Below are positions 50,601-61,155 of a DNA stretch of 64,000 bases, in pieces. The first letter of the stretch is position 1; each line of letters opens with the position of its first letter. Both the position numbers and the translations under genes were made by a program. Below the pieces are notes generated by a model that was not told the origin of the DNA, made no database searches, and worked only from the letters and a program-made list of their open reading frames with translations. Source of the DNA: Haliotis cracherodii (lineage: Eukaryota); contig NW_027266270.1 in assembly GCF_022045235.1 (NCBI RefSeq), positions 35,526,001-35,590,000 on the forward strand. The letters run 5' to 3'.

Positions 50601-53600
50601 TGTAGTGTAAGGCCCTGTAGTGTAAGGCCCTGCAGTGTAAGGCCCTGTAGAGTAAGGCCCTATAGTGGAAGCTGATGCAACTGAAGCTAGTACTGTTAAA
50701 GGCAAGGCATTGTTTTCCCACACCAAAGCAGATAGACAGTGGATATCCTAAAATTGCATCTCTTTCTAAAAAAAATCCTCGATATTGTATACTTAAAGGT
50801 CAAGTGTATTGCTGCATATAGGTACTCTTTTACCCTGAAACGTGAACAGACCCTTACGCCCGCTGTATATACTACTATGTATACCACTTCATACTGTGTG
50901 CATATCAGATTTATACAAAAACAATTCTCTTTGTTACTTTCAAATGTTTTTTTCCAGAGTTTGTTGTACAACATATATGGATATTAGACACATCAAACAT
51001 TGATTTTCCCAAGAGTATTTTTTTACAACACATAACATAAAGGATAATAGTATATTTTTCCAAGACATATTTCAAGGAAATCCACTGACACATTTATCTT
51101 CATCCACCAGGTGATAATAAAAACACTTACTTTGATAAGGACTCTGCCTTTGAAGAATTCTGGAGAAGGTAAGTGTTCGACATTTTCGTCGGCAGATTCC
51201 GTGTACAACTTGTCCCCAAGTATGGTGGTCATGTAGTGGGCAATGGCCTGCTGTTGTTTGATACTGCAGTGGTTTTCTATTGATAATATCACAGGGTACC
51301 TGAAATACAAGTTATATATCACCAATAAGTGTGTAGAATGACTGTGTATAAAAACTCCCCGATAGTTGCTCAATATAGCGATTCCCAATGCCCATTGGTC
51401 AATTGAAGCCATTTGACGTCACAGTGCTTTATCGTTGTGAAAACTACGATATGACATTATTCATGACGTCAGAAATTCACTTAAGACAAACACTGAAGTA
51501 CCATGTTTTTTGCAACACACTGGGGTGGGGTCAAGGCTGGGCCAGACTATGCCATTTTTATGTCTTGGCCCAAACAAAAATTTCTATTGCAGTTGGCTCA
51601 GCATGGTAAACACCAACTGAGCTAATGGTGAGACTCGGGGACTTTCGTTCACCTGCAGAAACATGAACCTATTTCAAGTACTGTATTCAACATAATAAGC
51701 GCCCCTCTCTAATAAGCACTCAGGGCGATATTTGCTAATATATTGGCTAGCGAACAATCCCAATTAGCACCCCTTCCGATTGATCAATGTATAAAAAGAC
51801 TTATTGTTTCACATATAATAAGCACTCGTGTGTTATATGCACCCTTATTTATAGGCAATTCAATTTTGGAAAAAATATATGCAGAGCTCCAAATAAGCTG
51901 CGTATCTGCGTAAAATACGCATCAAAAATGCAGAAGTATGCAGTAAAATAAAATCAAAGCGTATCAAATACGCAACCAACATTACAGATACGCTACAAAA
52001 ATAAAACTTGTGTGTATCATCAAAATATTGTGAAGTAACCATGCGTATTCGATTAGCAAATCAGCAACTTATTTTGAAATTATGAACGGGCATTCCGTAA
52101 ACCTTTCCAAACTCCACGATGACAGTTACATTATGATCATTTACCATCACACTTTCTTGTGCAAGTATCATATTTTTGAGTCCTACAAAGCTCTCGAACC
52201 TACATGACATTTAACAGTATTTAACTTAAATACCCACATGTGTAAAAACAAGTGGGTAACAGAAATTTGAATACCCAGATAGAATTACTGATAATCAATT
52301 ATTTTAAAATGCATCGGTAAAATACCCACAACACCAAATGCTTATCTGGAGCTCTGTATATGTCATATAAACTGTCACCATAAACCAAGAAATTTATCTT
52401 TCAACTCTGTCGTTTTTTCCCGCCAAAATAATATTCTAATAAGAGCCCCCAATTTCTAATTTTGAGAGTGCCCTGAGCGCTTACTATGTCAAATACGGTA
52501 TATGTAACATAAATGCCAGAAAAGGATCAACCGTGATTATCTGCAGAAACAGATTCCATTGGGGATAAAGATGAAATAGTGGTGAAAATCATCAATGGAT
52601 GACTGAAAATCAGAGATGACACCAGGTGTTAGCGGAAAGAGTAAGCATGTCCTGCTCTACAGGTGCCCCCGTCAATCACCATCTGCAGACCAAATCAAGT
52701 GTCTATTTGTTGCTAAACACCACACAGCAGCAAGCCCACTCCACACCATTCACACAGCCTACATGTGTAAACTCCAACGCCCTGACAGATTGACAATGGT
52801 AATGTGAAAGAATCGGGTGGTCCTTAACATAGTTTAGTTATATAATACATACAAAATGTCCCCATAACAACATACTGATGTCCATGGATGACAAGTCCAT
52901 GTGATGACCATGCTGAAACACCCAGCCCCTTGTCACAAACATCCCTCCCTAACACTACCAATAACCCCTCCAGTGTACCCCCAACACAGCCCCATGTCAC
53001 AAACATCCCTCCCTAACACTACCAATATACCAATACCACCATCACAGCCCCATGCCACAAACATCCCTCCCTAACACTACCAATAACCCCTCCAGTGTAC
53101 CCCCAACACAGCCCCATGTCACAAACATCCCTTCCTAACACTACCAATAACCCCTCCAGTGTACCCCAAACACAGCTCCATGTCACAAACATTCCTCCCT
53201 AACACTACCAATATACCAATACCACCATCACAGCCCCATGCCACAAACATCCCTCCCTAACACTACCAATAACCCCTCCAGTGTACCCCCAACACAGCCC
53301 CATGTCACAAACATTCCTCCCTAACACTACCAATATACCAATACCACCATCACAGTGTACCCCCATCACAGCCCCATGTCACAAACATCCCTCCCTAACA
53401 CTACCAATAACCCCTCCAGTGTACCACCATCACAGCCCCTCTTGAATACAGCCCTTACTTTCTTTCTACAATGTAAAGCTGTTTCTTTGAGGAAAAGTGG
53501 AAAATGCGGTCCTATGTTTTCCCTCTGAAGCACGAAAAAACATTGAAGCATGTATTACCACCAGTTTTACAATGAATTCATTCCTGCTTAGCAAATATCA

Positions 53601-54745
53601 ATCAAAATGTTGCTGTGTAGACTGGGATACTATTCTTGATGTCGATACTCCTTGAAAATGTCTCTCTTTTCTTGTAAAGACAGGAGGCGATGAAAAAGCA
53701 AGGTCGCTAATCTGGTTCCCTTTAGATGAAAAGTGAAGGAGAAACTCTAAAACTGCTGCCACGAAGTCCTCATTACATCCTCCAAGTATTCATTATGTGG
53801 AGCTCTACGACTGACAAAGAGAATGATAGATTCTTCATCTTCCTAGATAATTAGACATCATATTTAAAGATACCACCTAACCTGTAAAAATCTTGCATTA
53901 CCACAAGAAAAGATCAAAATGATGTGTCATCATTTTTCCTTACAAGATAAAAATAATTTACGCTATCTGTTGCCAAGATCACAAGGATGGTCATTATGAA
54001 GAAGGCTGGTTCCATGAAACAATGTCTAACTTATGCTTGTTGTAAGAGGTGCCCTAATGGTACCGGTGAGCGGACTCCATGACATGGTTGGTAGTGTGTC
54101 GTACCAGCTGAGTGCAGTGTTACAAAACAACAGACAGACAGAGACATGTTGACAGGTGTGGCAGGCCAGTAGATGACATAAGCACTGATCCAACCCATGG
54201 AGGTACTACACACTTTAAGTACAGTCAAACAAAACCACACGATCCTCGTGTCACATTGTCAGAGTATTCCAAACTAACCAAGAAAAACAAGGGGTCCTTG
54301 TTATGGCATTCAAATCAAAAGTAATCAAAACCTATAATCAATTTGTATAGGAGCAACACCAAGGACCCAAGGACACCCCTTAATTTCCAGACCGTCGGAC
54401 ACTTGTCAGTCACTTTTAAGGGTCCATTCTGTTCTTGGTTTAGGTCGTCTTCAAGGCAAATGCCATAAAATAACTTATGTTTTGTTCTGTTTATCACAAA
54501 TTATATACACATCACATTTGAATGTAAACTGCCCAAGAAGTGATGTTTCAAGTTTGTTCTTGGTAAAATTTCTTTAGTATATGATCTTCTGTGTAAGCAA
54601 GCTAAATACTCAAATACAAACTGAAAAACTAAAATAAAAATATACCATTACATATTCATATTAGAAGTATTTAGTTGTGGTGAGGTGAGGTGAAATGGGG
54701 TTTAATGTCACATTCAAGATTATTTCACTTACATAGCAATGAAGA

Positions 54746-54795
<50 letters not shown>

Positions 54796-57700
54796 TGCCT
54801 GCTTTGTACTAGTCTGGATTAATGACGGTTTCATAGCACCAGCCCAATGACATACCATGCTGCAGTTTTAAAGAAATTCCCACACAGACACAGTAAACTG
54901 ACTCAGAGTCAACCAGTCCTTGTTTTAGCCCCTTAATGCCGAGTGCCAGGCAGGGTAACAACAAGTACCATCATTTGATGTCTTTGGGTAGGATGTGGCT
55001 GGGGATCAAACCATCGACCTTCCGCTCTCAAATTAGTTGGCTGTTTCATGAAATGATACAAATACAGTTGGACCCCGGTATGTCAAACCTAGCAGGACCG
55101 TTTTGTAACTTCGAGTACAACACTGCGAGATATCCAGACATTTGAGACAGCGAGGCATGGACAGCCAAACAGATTGAGTATATTAAGATCCACAGCAATA
55201 CGATTGCATACTCGATAAAAAAGAAATACAAGAAATCGACTCCTAGATTTATCACTAGATTTTGGCAATGTAGACACCATATTTAGAGCGATACTTAGAT
55301 CCATTGACAGCTGTCTTTCTACTTCAAAGCGGATTCCACAGCCTGCATCACATCCTATTTTGTCTGCATTGTACATACTTTCAACTTTATTTGCATGTCA
55401 GAGTAGATAACTAGATCCAGTGATCTCCAACAAAGTGGGTTAATATTACATCTGAAGTTCATTTTTATACATTCTGTCTACTCGATAAAAACAAAGTGTC
55501 ACTCTGCCACTATCTTGTTAATTCACTGCTTTGATATTGTGAGCAATGTCACACAGGTTTAATTCCATAAATCCGACTTTGAAAAGTACCCTTTGATGTA
55601 ACCAGGAAGTGCTATGTTTATACTCATGTCTACACACATTGTTTTATTTTTCTATAAAGATTACCATTTATATATATATTATAGCTCAGCGCTATATGAA
55701 ATTCCTATTTGAGTTCATCAAAACTGTTAATGCATACATTTTTTATATGTATTCATTTAGTGAGGCTGTAAGTTGAGACCAAATACTAGGTTTTAGATAT
55801 CAGTACATTCGTGTTAACGTCAAGTTAAATAGACAACAAACATATGTTGCATGTTATGATGACTCTTAGTCCTTCATACAGCCCCTGAAACAAATATATC
55901 CAATACAGCCATACATGTCTATAATATTTGGCAAATCAATTACTGCAGTAATGAAAATGAAGACAGTCTCCGGGCTCCAATTTACTATATTTTATAACTG
56001 TAATTTAACAACTGGTTTATTTCTGTAAAATAGTTCACCTCAGAGACTAGATTAGTCTAGATGACTCTGACAACACAAGTCTTAACTGATAGGTGAGTGA
56101 GTTGGGTTTAACGCCGCTTTTAACATTATTCCAGTTATATCACGGCATGTCAGCTTTATCTGGAAGGAAAGCCCGAAGTGATGCCGGTTTTGGCCGTTTA
56201 CTACTTTGGTGAAACCCACGAGCACGGGTATGGTGCTGACAAACCTAGAAACATAATCAGGGCGAACCGGGATTCGAACCCACAATCATAGGTTTCTGGC
56301 ATGCTTAAGGGGTGCATCTCTGCACAGCAAATCGTAGCACCTTAGACGACTGGGCCACCCGTGCCCCCTGGTTAAAAGGTGATGCATACATGAGTTGTTC
56401 ACTCACATGCCTGCTCATAGGTCAGCTATTTATACACCAGCCTACAAAGACTGAAGAATACTTCTAATATGAAAGAGGTTACACTGAGTAAAGAAGGCAC
56501 CCTCCACTCTTCTCCCAACTCCCTACAAAGGTTAAGGAATACTACAGACACAGGCACCATCAGGTCAGCCTGTTTCGTAAAGGCCACGCCTCTTCACAGA
56601 CCATCACCAACACTCATTATTCCAGACACATGTTATGCTGCACATGCGTTGCACATCAACCCGAGACCTGTTACCACAGCATCATTACATTGATCTTATT
56701 GACCCTGTTAAATTATCGTCCTAAAAGCCAAAGGTGCTGATAGGATGATTAATAGGGAATGATTTGGACCCAAAAGCAATCTAGGTGCCTGATCCGATCC
56801 TACAGAACACCATGTGGCCACATAAAAGACAAGAACGTATTTTGACTGGCGGTAAGTCTGATAGAGTACATAATAGGGGTGTCTGGAGGGCTCATTTCTG
56901 AGGCAGCCATTATGATGCCACCAATATCAAATAGCAATACAGTTTGTAATCACTGACAGGGTATAATAAGACGTAACATCTGATCTCTGCTTACTGTGCT
57001 TGAGTAGGTTGATCAAGATAGCAACTAGTATGTTTCATACTGATGTTACTTCAACATACTGTTTTTCATGAAGACATGAATAAATCATATCTGGAATGTG
57101 GATGACATATAATATTCCCTCTCTGATTTTTATGAATAATCTAAATAACATCCTAACTGACGTTTTTCTTCAACTTTTCATATTTTATTATCAGACAATG
57201 TTTTCTTTTTTCTGACCATTCAATGAATATTTCATCAACATATTTGGTATAACCAACAAATAACACACATTCCTGCAGCCTCTGTTTTCTTTTCTCATTC
57301 TATTGGCAAGGATCAATATTTCTCATGGTCATCTATCCTGCCTTGGCATTCTTGTTGGCTCTGCTGATCAAGTCTTATTGGGATAAACCTGAACACTATA
57401 TTGAGATAAGTCTGAACGCTCCATTGCAATAAGTTTGAACAGCCTGTCCGAACACAATATTGAGATAAGTCTGAACGCTCCATTGCGATAAGTTTGAACA
57501 GCCTGTCCGAACACAATATTGAGATAAGTCTGAACAGTACATTGCGATATGTTTGAACAGCCTGTCTGAACACAATATTGAGATAAGTCTGAACGCTCCA
57601 TTGCAGAATGTTTGAACAGCCTGTCTGAACACAATATTGAGATAAGTCTGAAAGCTCCTTTTTGTAACATGGTGATATTAGTTTTGTAGTAACAGTGCTG

Positions 57701-60700
57701 AAAAAACAGATGCCAGATTTGGGGATTTTTTGTCCCACATTTCAAACTGAACTCAAATAAAAAATACTCCTAAAAAAACATATCCTTTTACACTTTGAAA
57801 GCTGGTGAGAACACTTATATACTCCGAAGAAAGATGTGTGACTTCAAAAGGGGACATATTCAATTTGAGATGACGAGCGCATGGTTCCAATAGTGTAGCG
57901 TGACCTCATGACTTACTCCTTCAAGCAAACTGTCAGGAAGTGCACAAAGAGCTTCCTCAAATATGCAGTGTTCATATATTCAGTGAAAAAGTTCTACTAC
58001 TTCAAACCACTGTCATAACTTAATTTCAGAGGGGGCACCACAGACCTAGTCATTTACGCCGCTGCAATTCACTGTGTAGAGTTGTGTCCCTTGGGCATAC
58101 CAGAAACCTATGATTGTGGGTTTGAACCCTGGTTCACCCCAATTATGTTTGTAAGTTTGTCAGCATCATACCCATGCTCGTGGGTTTCAGCGAAGTGGTA
58201 AACATCTGGGATCTGCCTCACTTCAAGCTTTCCTGTCACATCAAGCTGACACGCTGTTATATCACTGCAATATTATTCCAAGCAGAAATAAACCCAACTC
58301 TTTCCATTTCATTTCAGAGAAGATTCATTATGACACTACTAATATTATACCTCATCCTTCGTCCTCTTTACCTAGCATGATCAAATTCCAACCCAGAGAT
58401 GTTTTAATGAAGACGTATTGTTGCAATGGTAAAAGAGCTGGAGACATGTTCATCCCCTTCTCTCTTCAACAATAAGCTTCCTGCTTCACAAACGTAATTA
58501 TTGAATATTAAGGGGAAAAAAAACCACTTAATCATCCTCAGAGTCCAAACCAAGTTTGAATGATTAAACCCTTTTTTCAAATCAGTAACGTTGGAATTTG
58601 TTCAATAATTTCTTTCTTTTCTTACACTTTTTTAATAAAAGATTCAGCATGTGAAAATCCCAGCCCAATGAGCCTTCAATATCGTACAAGGAGTGGATAG
58701 TCTGCTCCAGCTCTGCCAAGAGAGGTACAAATTCCATTTAGGAGTTGGGAATCTTCAACAAAATCTTTATAGAATTGAGTTGCAACAGAGGCATCAAACC
58801 AATATGGCAGCTATGACATAGCACCCGTGTCACATCAAAAGGACTAATTTGCTCATTTTGGTGTGAAAAATAAGAAAATTGACATTGCTCTCTACCAGGG
58901 CAAGCCATGGAGGGAAGCAACATTATCTGACCATTAGCAAATTCTTCAGATCAGCTGGGTGTTCAAAGTCGGACAGGATTCTCCTGGAGTGGAAATTCCG
59001 GAGATCAATAGTGATAGGAATTATCAACACTGGATGTTTTTATCCCGATAATTCACATCAATATTTCTAAATCTTCCTTCTTTTCAATGAAAGATGAAGG
59101 AGGAGAAACATGACCCTACAATTCTGAGAATATTTCAATAATCTGATTCGGCCTTAAAATGGCGTATTTAACACAAGATTTAACCAAAGTATAATTATTG
59201 GCAATTAAAGAGATGAAGTTACCATCTAATCTATAACTAGAGACACAATGCTTACTTCACATTAATCAACATGAAACATAAGATATATTTTTACCACAAA
59301 TGTAATCATAAAATCTTGATTTTATTAGCAGGTTTATATTTAAATAATTATCATATTACAATGTAATCTTGGTAGTTGGTATAGTATACAAACATTAATA
59401 TATAATTTTTCTTTCTTTTTTTTTTTAACTCAAACACTGACATAGCCAAGACCCTTCATGCCATAAACAACTGCAAAATATTGGGGTCACCAGCCAAAAA
59501 TGACAATCTTGGAGCCACAGAAAATAGCACTGCATTACGAACTAGGAGCAGCTCCCTCACTGCCATTTTTTGAGAACTCACCAAATAGTTTCACTGACCT
59601 TGACCTGACTTATTTGGACCTGACAAAGCAGGGACTCATCCAAAAGAAGACCTATATTAAGTGTAATGATAAATACATTTATACTTCAAACCATAAACAT
59701 ATTAGTGATATATTTTTATCTCCTGACCTTGGGCTTTGACCTTTTTAAAGTATGTGACCCGAGAATTTCTAAGGTCCATGTGAAATAACTTGTAGGATCG
59801 TCGGATCGTAGGATCGTAGGATATAATCTAATATCTATAATATTGCAATAAAAAAACTACATTGCACAATTACCTCAAAGGTTACCTTGACCATTGACAT
59901 GAATGCAATTGGTGAAATTTGTTAAAAAAATAGATGTAAAATAGTAAACCTTAAGTGTCCTGCCAGTGGAGGTAAGCCTCAGACACAGAAAATGTTATGG
60001 CAATGTTTTACAAATAACTGAACACTGACCTTGACCTTTGACGAATCGTAACCAAAACCTTTGAAAATAGGGCCCCACCCTTCAGAAGGTATATACCAAG
60101 TTTCATGACAAATGCATCAATCCTTTTTGAGAAAATGTAACCACAAACTCTTCAGTGAGATTTATCTGTCTTAAAAATTGTGACCTTGACCTTTGATCTT
60201 TTCATTACAGGTGCCAAAAGAATCCCCCAGGATCATTTGGACATTTATTGTCAATAATCTTTGTGTAGTCGGCCTCTGCTGAAATTCCAAGAAAATGCTA
60301 AAGCAAAGCAGTGTCAAGGTGCTATAAAACTGTATGCAATATCATTGGAGCATCAAAGTGTGGTGGCATTACACTGACATTGGGAACTTACAATGAATGA
60401 CTTATTACCACATAAAGATCTAAATAAGATCTCAAATAATGTAGTGCTAAACCCCTGATGAAGGCCAGGGGAGAAAGCTTGAGACTAAGTATATTTATAT
60501 AAAGATCTAATTCTGAAAGACATATGACCTAAGTTGGAGCATTCACAGTAAGTTTATCTCTTAACTGAATGACACAATTAAACCAACATAACCAAAACAA
60601 GACCTCCAGTTTTAGGGAAAGGGCTCAGAGCCCCATAAGCTTCATGCACAAAGCACAAGAAAACATGGTTCAGAAGATACACAGGTGCTCTCATTTCTAA

Positions 60701-60963
60701 TACAGAATTGTAAAGTGATATAGCAATCAGGATCTTGTTCTATCAGCACATCATGTTTTAGTCCTAGCATAGAATGTCATGTGTGTTTTACTGTCAGAGT
60801 TCGGAGAAGAAGTAGTGTAATGAGCATGAACACAATACTCACTCAGACTTTATAAATGCGTAGTCTCGTATTGCCTCTATGACAGCCTTGAAGGAGATCT
60901 TGGAGGTGAGAGTGTGTCCATGGTAGATGACAGGCTCGTCGCTTGGACCGTCCCAGCAGTCAA
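32548..60963 (-). CDS. PLCL2: Phospholipase C-like protein (PLCL1/2, PRIP orthologue), 5'-partial; 16 exons: 60843-60963, 51131-51299, 45273-45368, 44165-44267, 42320-42499, 41252-41430, 40884-41022, 39854-40000, 39355-39452, 38986-39087, 37243-37425, 36705-36773, 36470-36523, 35562-35654, 34744-34839, 32548-32649
   Basis: All exon phases join into one ORF (1931 nt = 2 + 643 codons including stop). X-box [29 protein letters not shown]-box [26 protein letters not shown]2 [25 protein letters not shown], and the PLC-L-specific tail ([38 protein letters not shown]). PH/EF-hand and first X-box exons lie beyond 64000. Confidence 0.95.
33226..34743. repeat. 81-83-bp minisatellite, 19 copies, starting at the PLCL donor at 34743
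   Basis: 19 occurrences of taacacaagatggg; most units carry CAG|GTAGGT on the minus strand. Confidence 0.97.
34744..34839 (-). CDS. PLCL2: PLCL exon ([32 protein letters not shown])
   Basis: atgcag| acceptor, |gtaggt donor. Confidence 0.92.
35562..35654 (-). CDS. PLCL2: PLCL exon ([31 protein letters not shown])
   Basis: ttgtag| acceptor, |gttagt donor, phase 0. Confidence 0.9.
36470..36523 (-). CDS. PLCL2: PLCL exon ([18 protein letters not shown])
   Basis: tttcag| acceptor, |gtgagc donor, phase 0. Confidence 0.88.
36705..36773 (-). CDS. PLCL2: PLCL exon ([23 protein letters not shown])
   Basis: ttgcag| acceptor, |gtgagt donor, phase 0. Confidence 0.88.
37006..37270. repeat. 30-bp minisatellite, 9 copies, spanning a PLCL exon end and donor
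   Basis: Unit ctcacctcgcctctcatgacgtatgtcaga. Confidence 0.97.
37243..37425 (-). CDS. PLCL2: PLCL exon ([17 protein letters not shown]...SLTYVMRGE)
   Basis: ctccag| acceptor; ends at the first of 8 tandem |gtgagt donors. Confidence 0.9.
38331..38852. repeat. 20-bp minisatellite (cgacaagcatgggttgctga), 26 copies, grown from a family D head
   Basis: Directly continues the family D copy at 38148-38340. Confidence 0.95.
38986..39087 (-). CDS. PLCL2: PLCL exon ((Q)[33 protein letters not shown])
   Basis: CAG-CAG tandem acceptor, |gtaggt donor. Confidence 0.9.
39355..39452 (-). CDS. PLCL2: PLCL exon, C2 end ([33 protein letters not shown])
   Basis: ttgcag| acceptor, |gtgagt donor; GYRH motif. 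Confidence 0.93.
39854..40000 (-). CDS. PLCL2: PLCL exon, C2 domain part 2 ([12 protein letters not shown]...FECMQT)
   Basis: ttgcag| acceptor, |gtaaag donor. Confidence 0.95.
40884..41022 (-). CDS. PLCL2: PLCL exon, C2 domain part 1 ([12 protein letters not shown]...TKTMPHN)
   Basis: ttgcag| acceptor; non-canonical G|GCAAGT donor required by phase and homology. Confidence 0.9.
41167..41269. repeat. 37-bp triplication of a PLCL exon end plus donor
   Basis: atcctattcacctttatatgaagtatttg at 41167, 41204, 41241. Confidence 0.93.
41252..41430 (-). CDS. PLCL2: PLCL exon, Y-box end ([14 protein letters not shown]...[10 protein letters not shown])
   Basis: cctcag| acceptor, |gtgaat donor. Confidence 0.95.
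42320..42499 (-). CDS. PLCL2: PLCL exon, Y-box ([10 protein letters not shown]...[27 protein letters not shown])
   Basis: tttcag| acceptor, |gtgagg donor. Confidence 0.95.
44165..44267 (-). CDS. PLCL2: PLCL exon, Y-box start ([34 protein letters not shown])
   Basis: tttcag| acceptor, |gtgagt donor; ELSD motif. Confidence 0.92.
45273..45368 (-). CDS. PLCL2: PLCL exon, X-Y linker ([32 protein letters not shown])
   Basis: ttgcag| acceptor, |gtaagg donor; acidic VTDEDEG linker typical of PLC-L. Confidence 0.92.
49001..49438 (+). mobile_element. CAG...CTG non-autonomous DNA transposon with 6-bp TSD, copy 1
   Basis: TIR cagagctccagataagc; TSD ttatta at 48995-49000 and 49439-49444. Confidence 0.85.
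50135..50301. repeat. 167-bp near-perfect palindrome
   Basis: ~80-bp arms, 7-nt loop atattta. Confidence 0.93.
50306..50668. repeat. 15-bp minisatellite (aaggccctgtagtga variants), about 24 copies
   Basis: Tandem copies visible; explains the overlapping repetitive ORFs. Confidence 0.93.
51131..51299 (-). CDS. PLCL2: PLCL exon, X-box end ([16 protein letters not shown]...[14 protein letters not shown])
   Basis: tttcag| acceptor, |gtaagt donor; phase 2 to 0. Confidence 0.95.
51681..52498. mobile_element. Tc1/mariner(pogo)-like MITE host element
   Basis: TA|ctgtattcaacataataagcgc ... gcgcttactatgtcaaatacgg|TA. Confidence 0.7.
51882..52356 (-). mobile_element. Same family, copy 2, inverted
   Basis: TSD tatatg at 51876-51881 and 52357-52362; nested within 51681-52498. 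Confidence 0.87.
52918..53440. repeat. ~58-64-bp C/A-rich minisatellite, about 8 copies
   Basis: acagccccatgtcacaaacatccctccctaacactaccaata repeated. Confidence 0.92.
54678..55030 (-). mobile_element. SINE family B copy with expanded (TG)n
   Basis: Colinear with 8006-8350; TG microsatellite at 54750-54793. Confidence 0.85.
56093..56368 (-). mobile_element. SINE family C (tRNA-Leu/Ser-like head with long A-B spacer, (TCAC)n tail)
   Basis: A box tggcccagtcgtctaagg, B box ggttcgaatcc. Other copies at about 4556-4660, 10025-10250, 16881-17055, 32925-33120, 35370-35495, 45714-45945, 58031-58300. Confidence 0.88.
57388..57658. repeat. 59-bp minisatellite, about 4.5 copies
   Basis: gaacacaatattgagataagtctgaacgctccattgc..gtttgaacagcctgtc repeated. 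Confidence 0.92.
59540..60330. mobile_element. Decayed tgaccttgacc-rich interspersed element (Helentron/HINE-like)
   Basis: Recurrent tgaccttgacctttga and ataccaagtttcatg motifs; ends not resolved. Confidence 0.45.
60843..60963 (-). CDS. PLCL2: PLCL exon, X-box ([40 protein letters not shown])
   Basis: ttccag| acceptor, |gtgagt donor; PI-PLC X-domain motif. Confidence 0.93.
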
Positions 60964-60980
60964 CTGGAACCAACGGACAA

Positions 60981-61155
60981 CATGAGACATGGAACCAACA
61001 TCAAGACAGGGATAGAAATGGGAGCTATGGGATTCTAGGTTAGAACAGGTCCCCGGTAACGTATGAGACATGAGACATGGAACCAACATCAAGACAGGGA
61101 TAGAAATGGGAGCTATGGCATTCTGGGTTAGAACAGGTCCCCCGGTAACGTATGC
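60981..61155. repeat. ~90-bp tandem duplication just upstream of the PLCL acceptor at 60963
   Basis: catgagacatggaaccaacatcaagacaggg...ggtaacgtatg twice. Confidence 0.9.

Noticed and set aside
60452-60490. Hammerhead ribozyme (ctgatga...gagac)
   Set aside because: GAAA core is mutated and stems I and III could not be formed.
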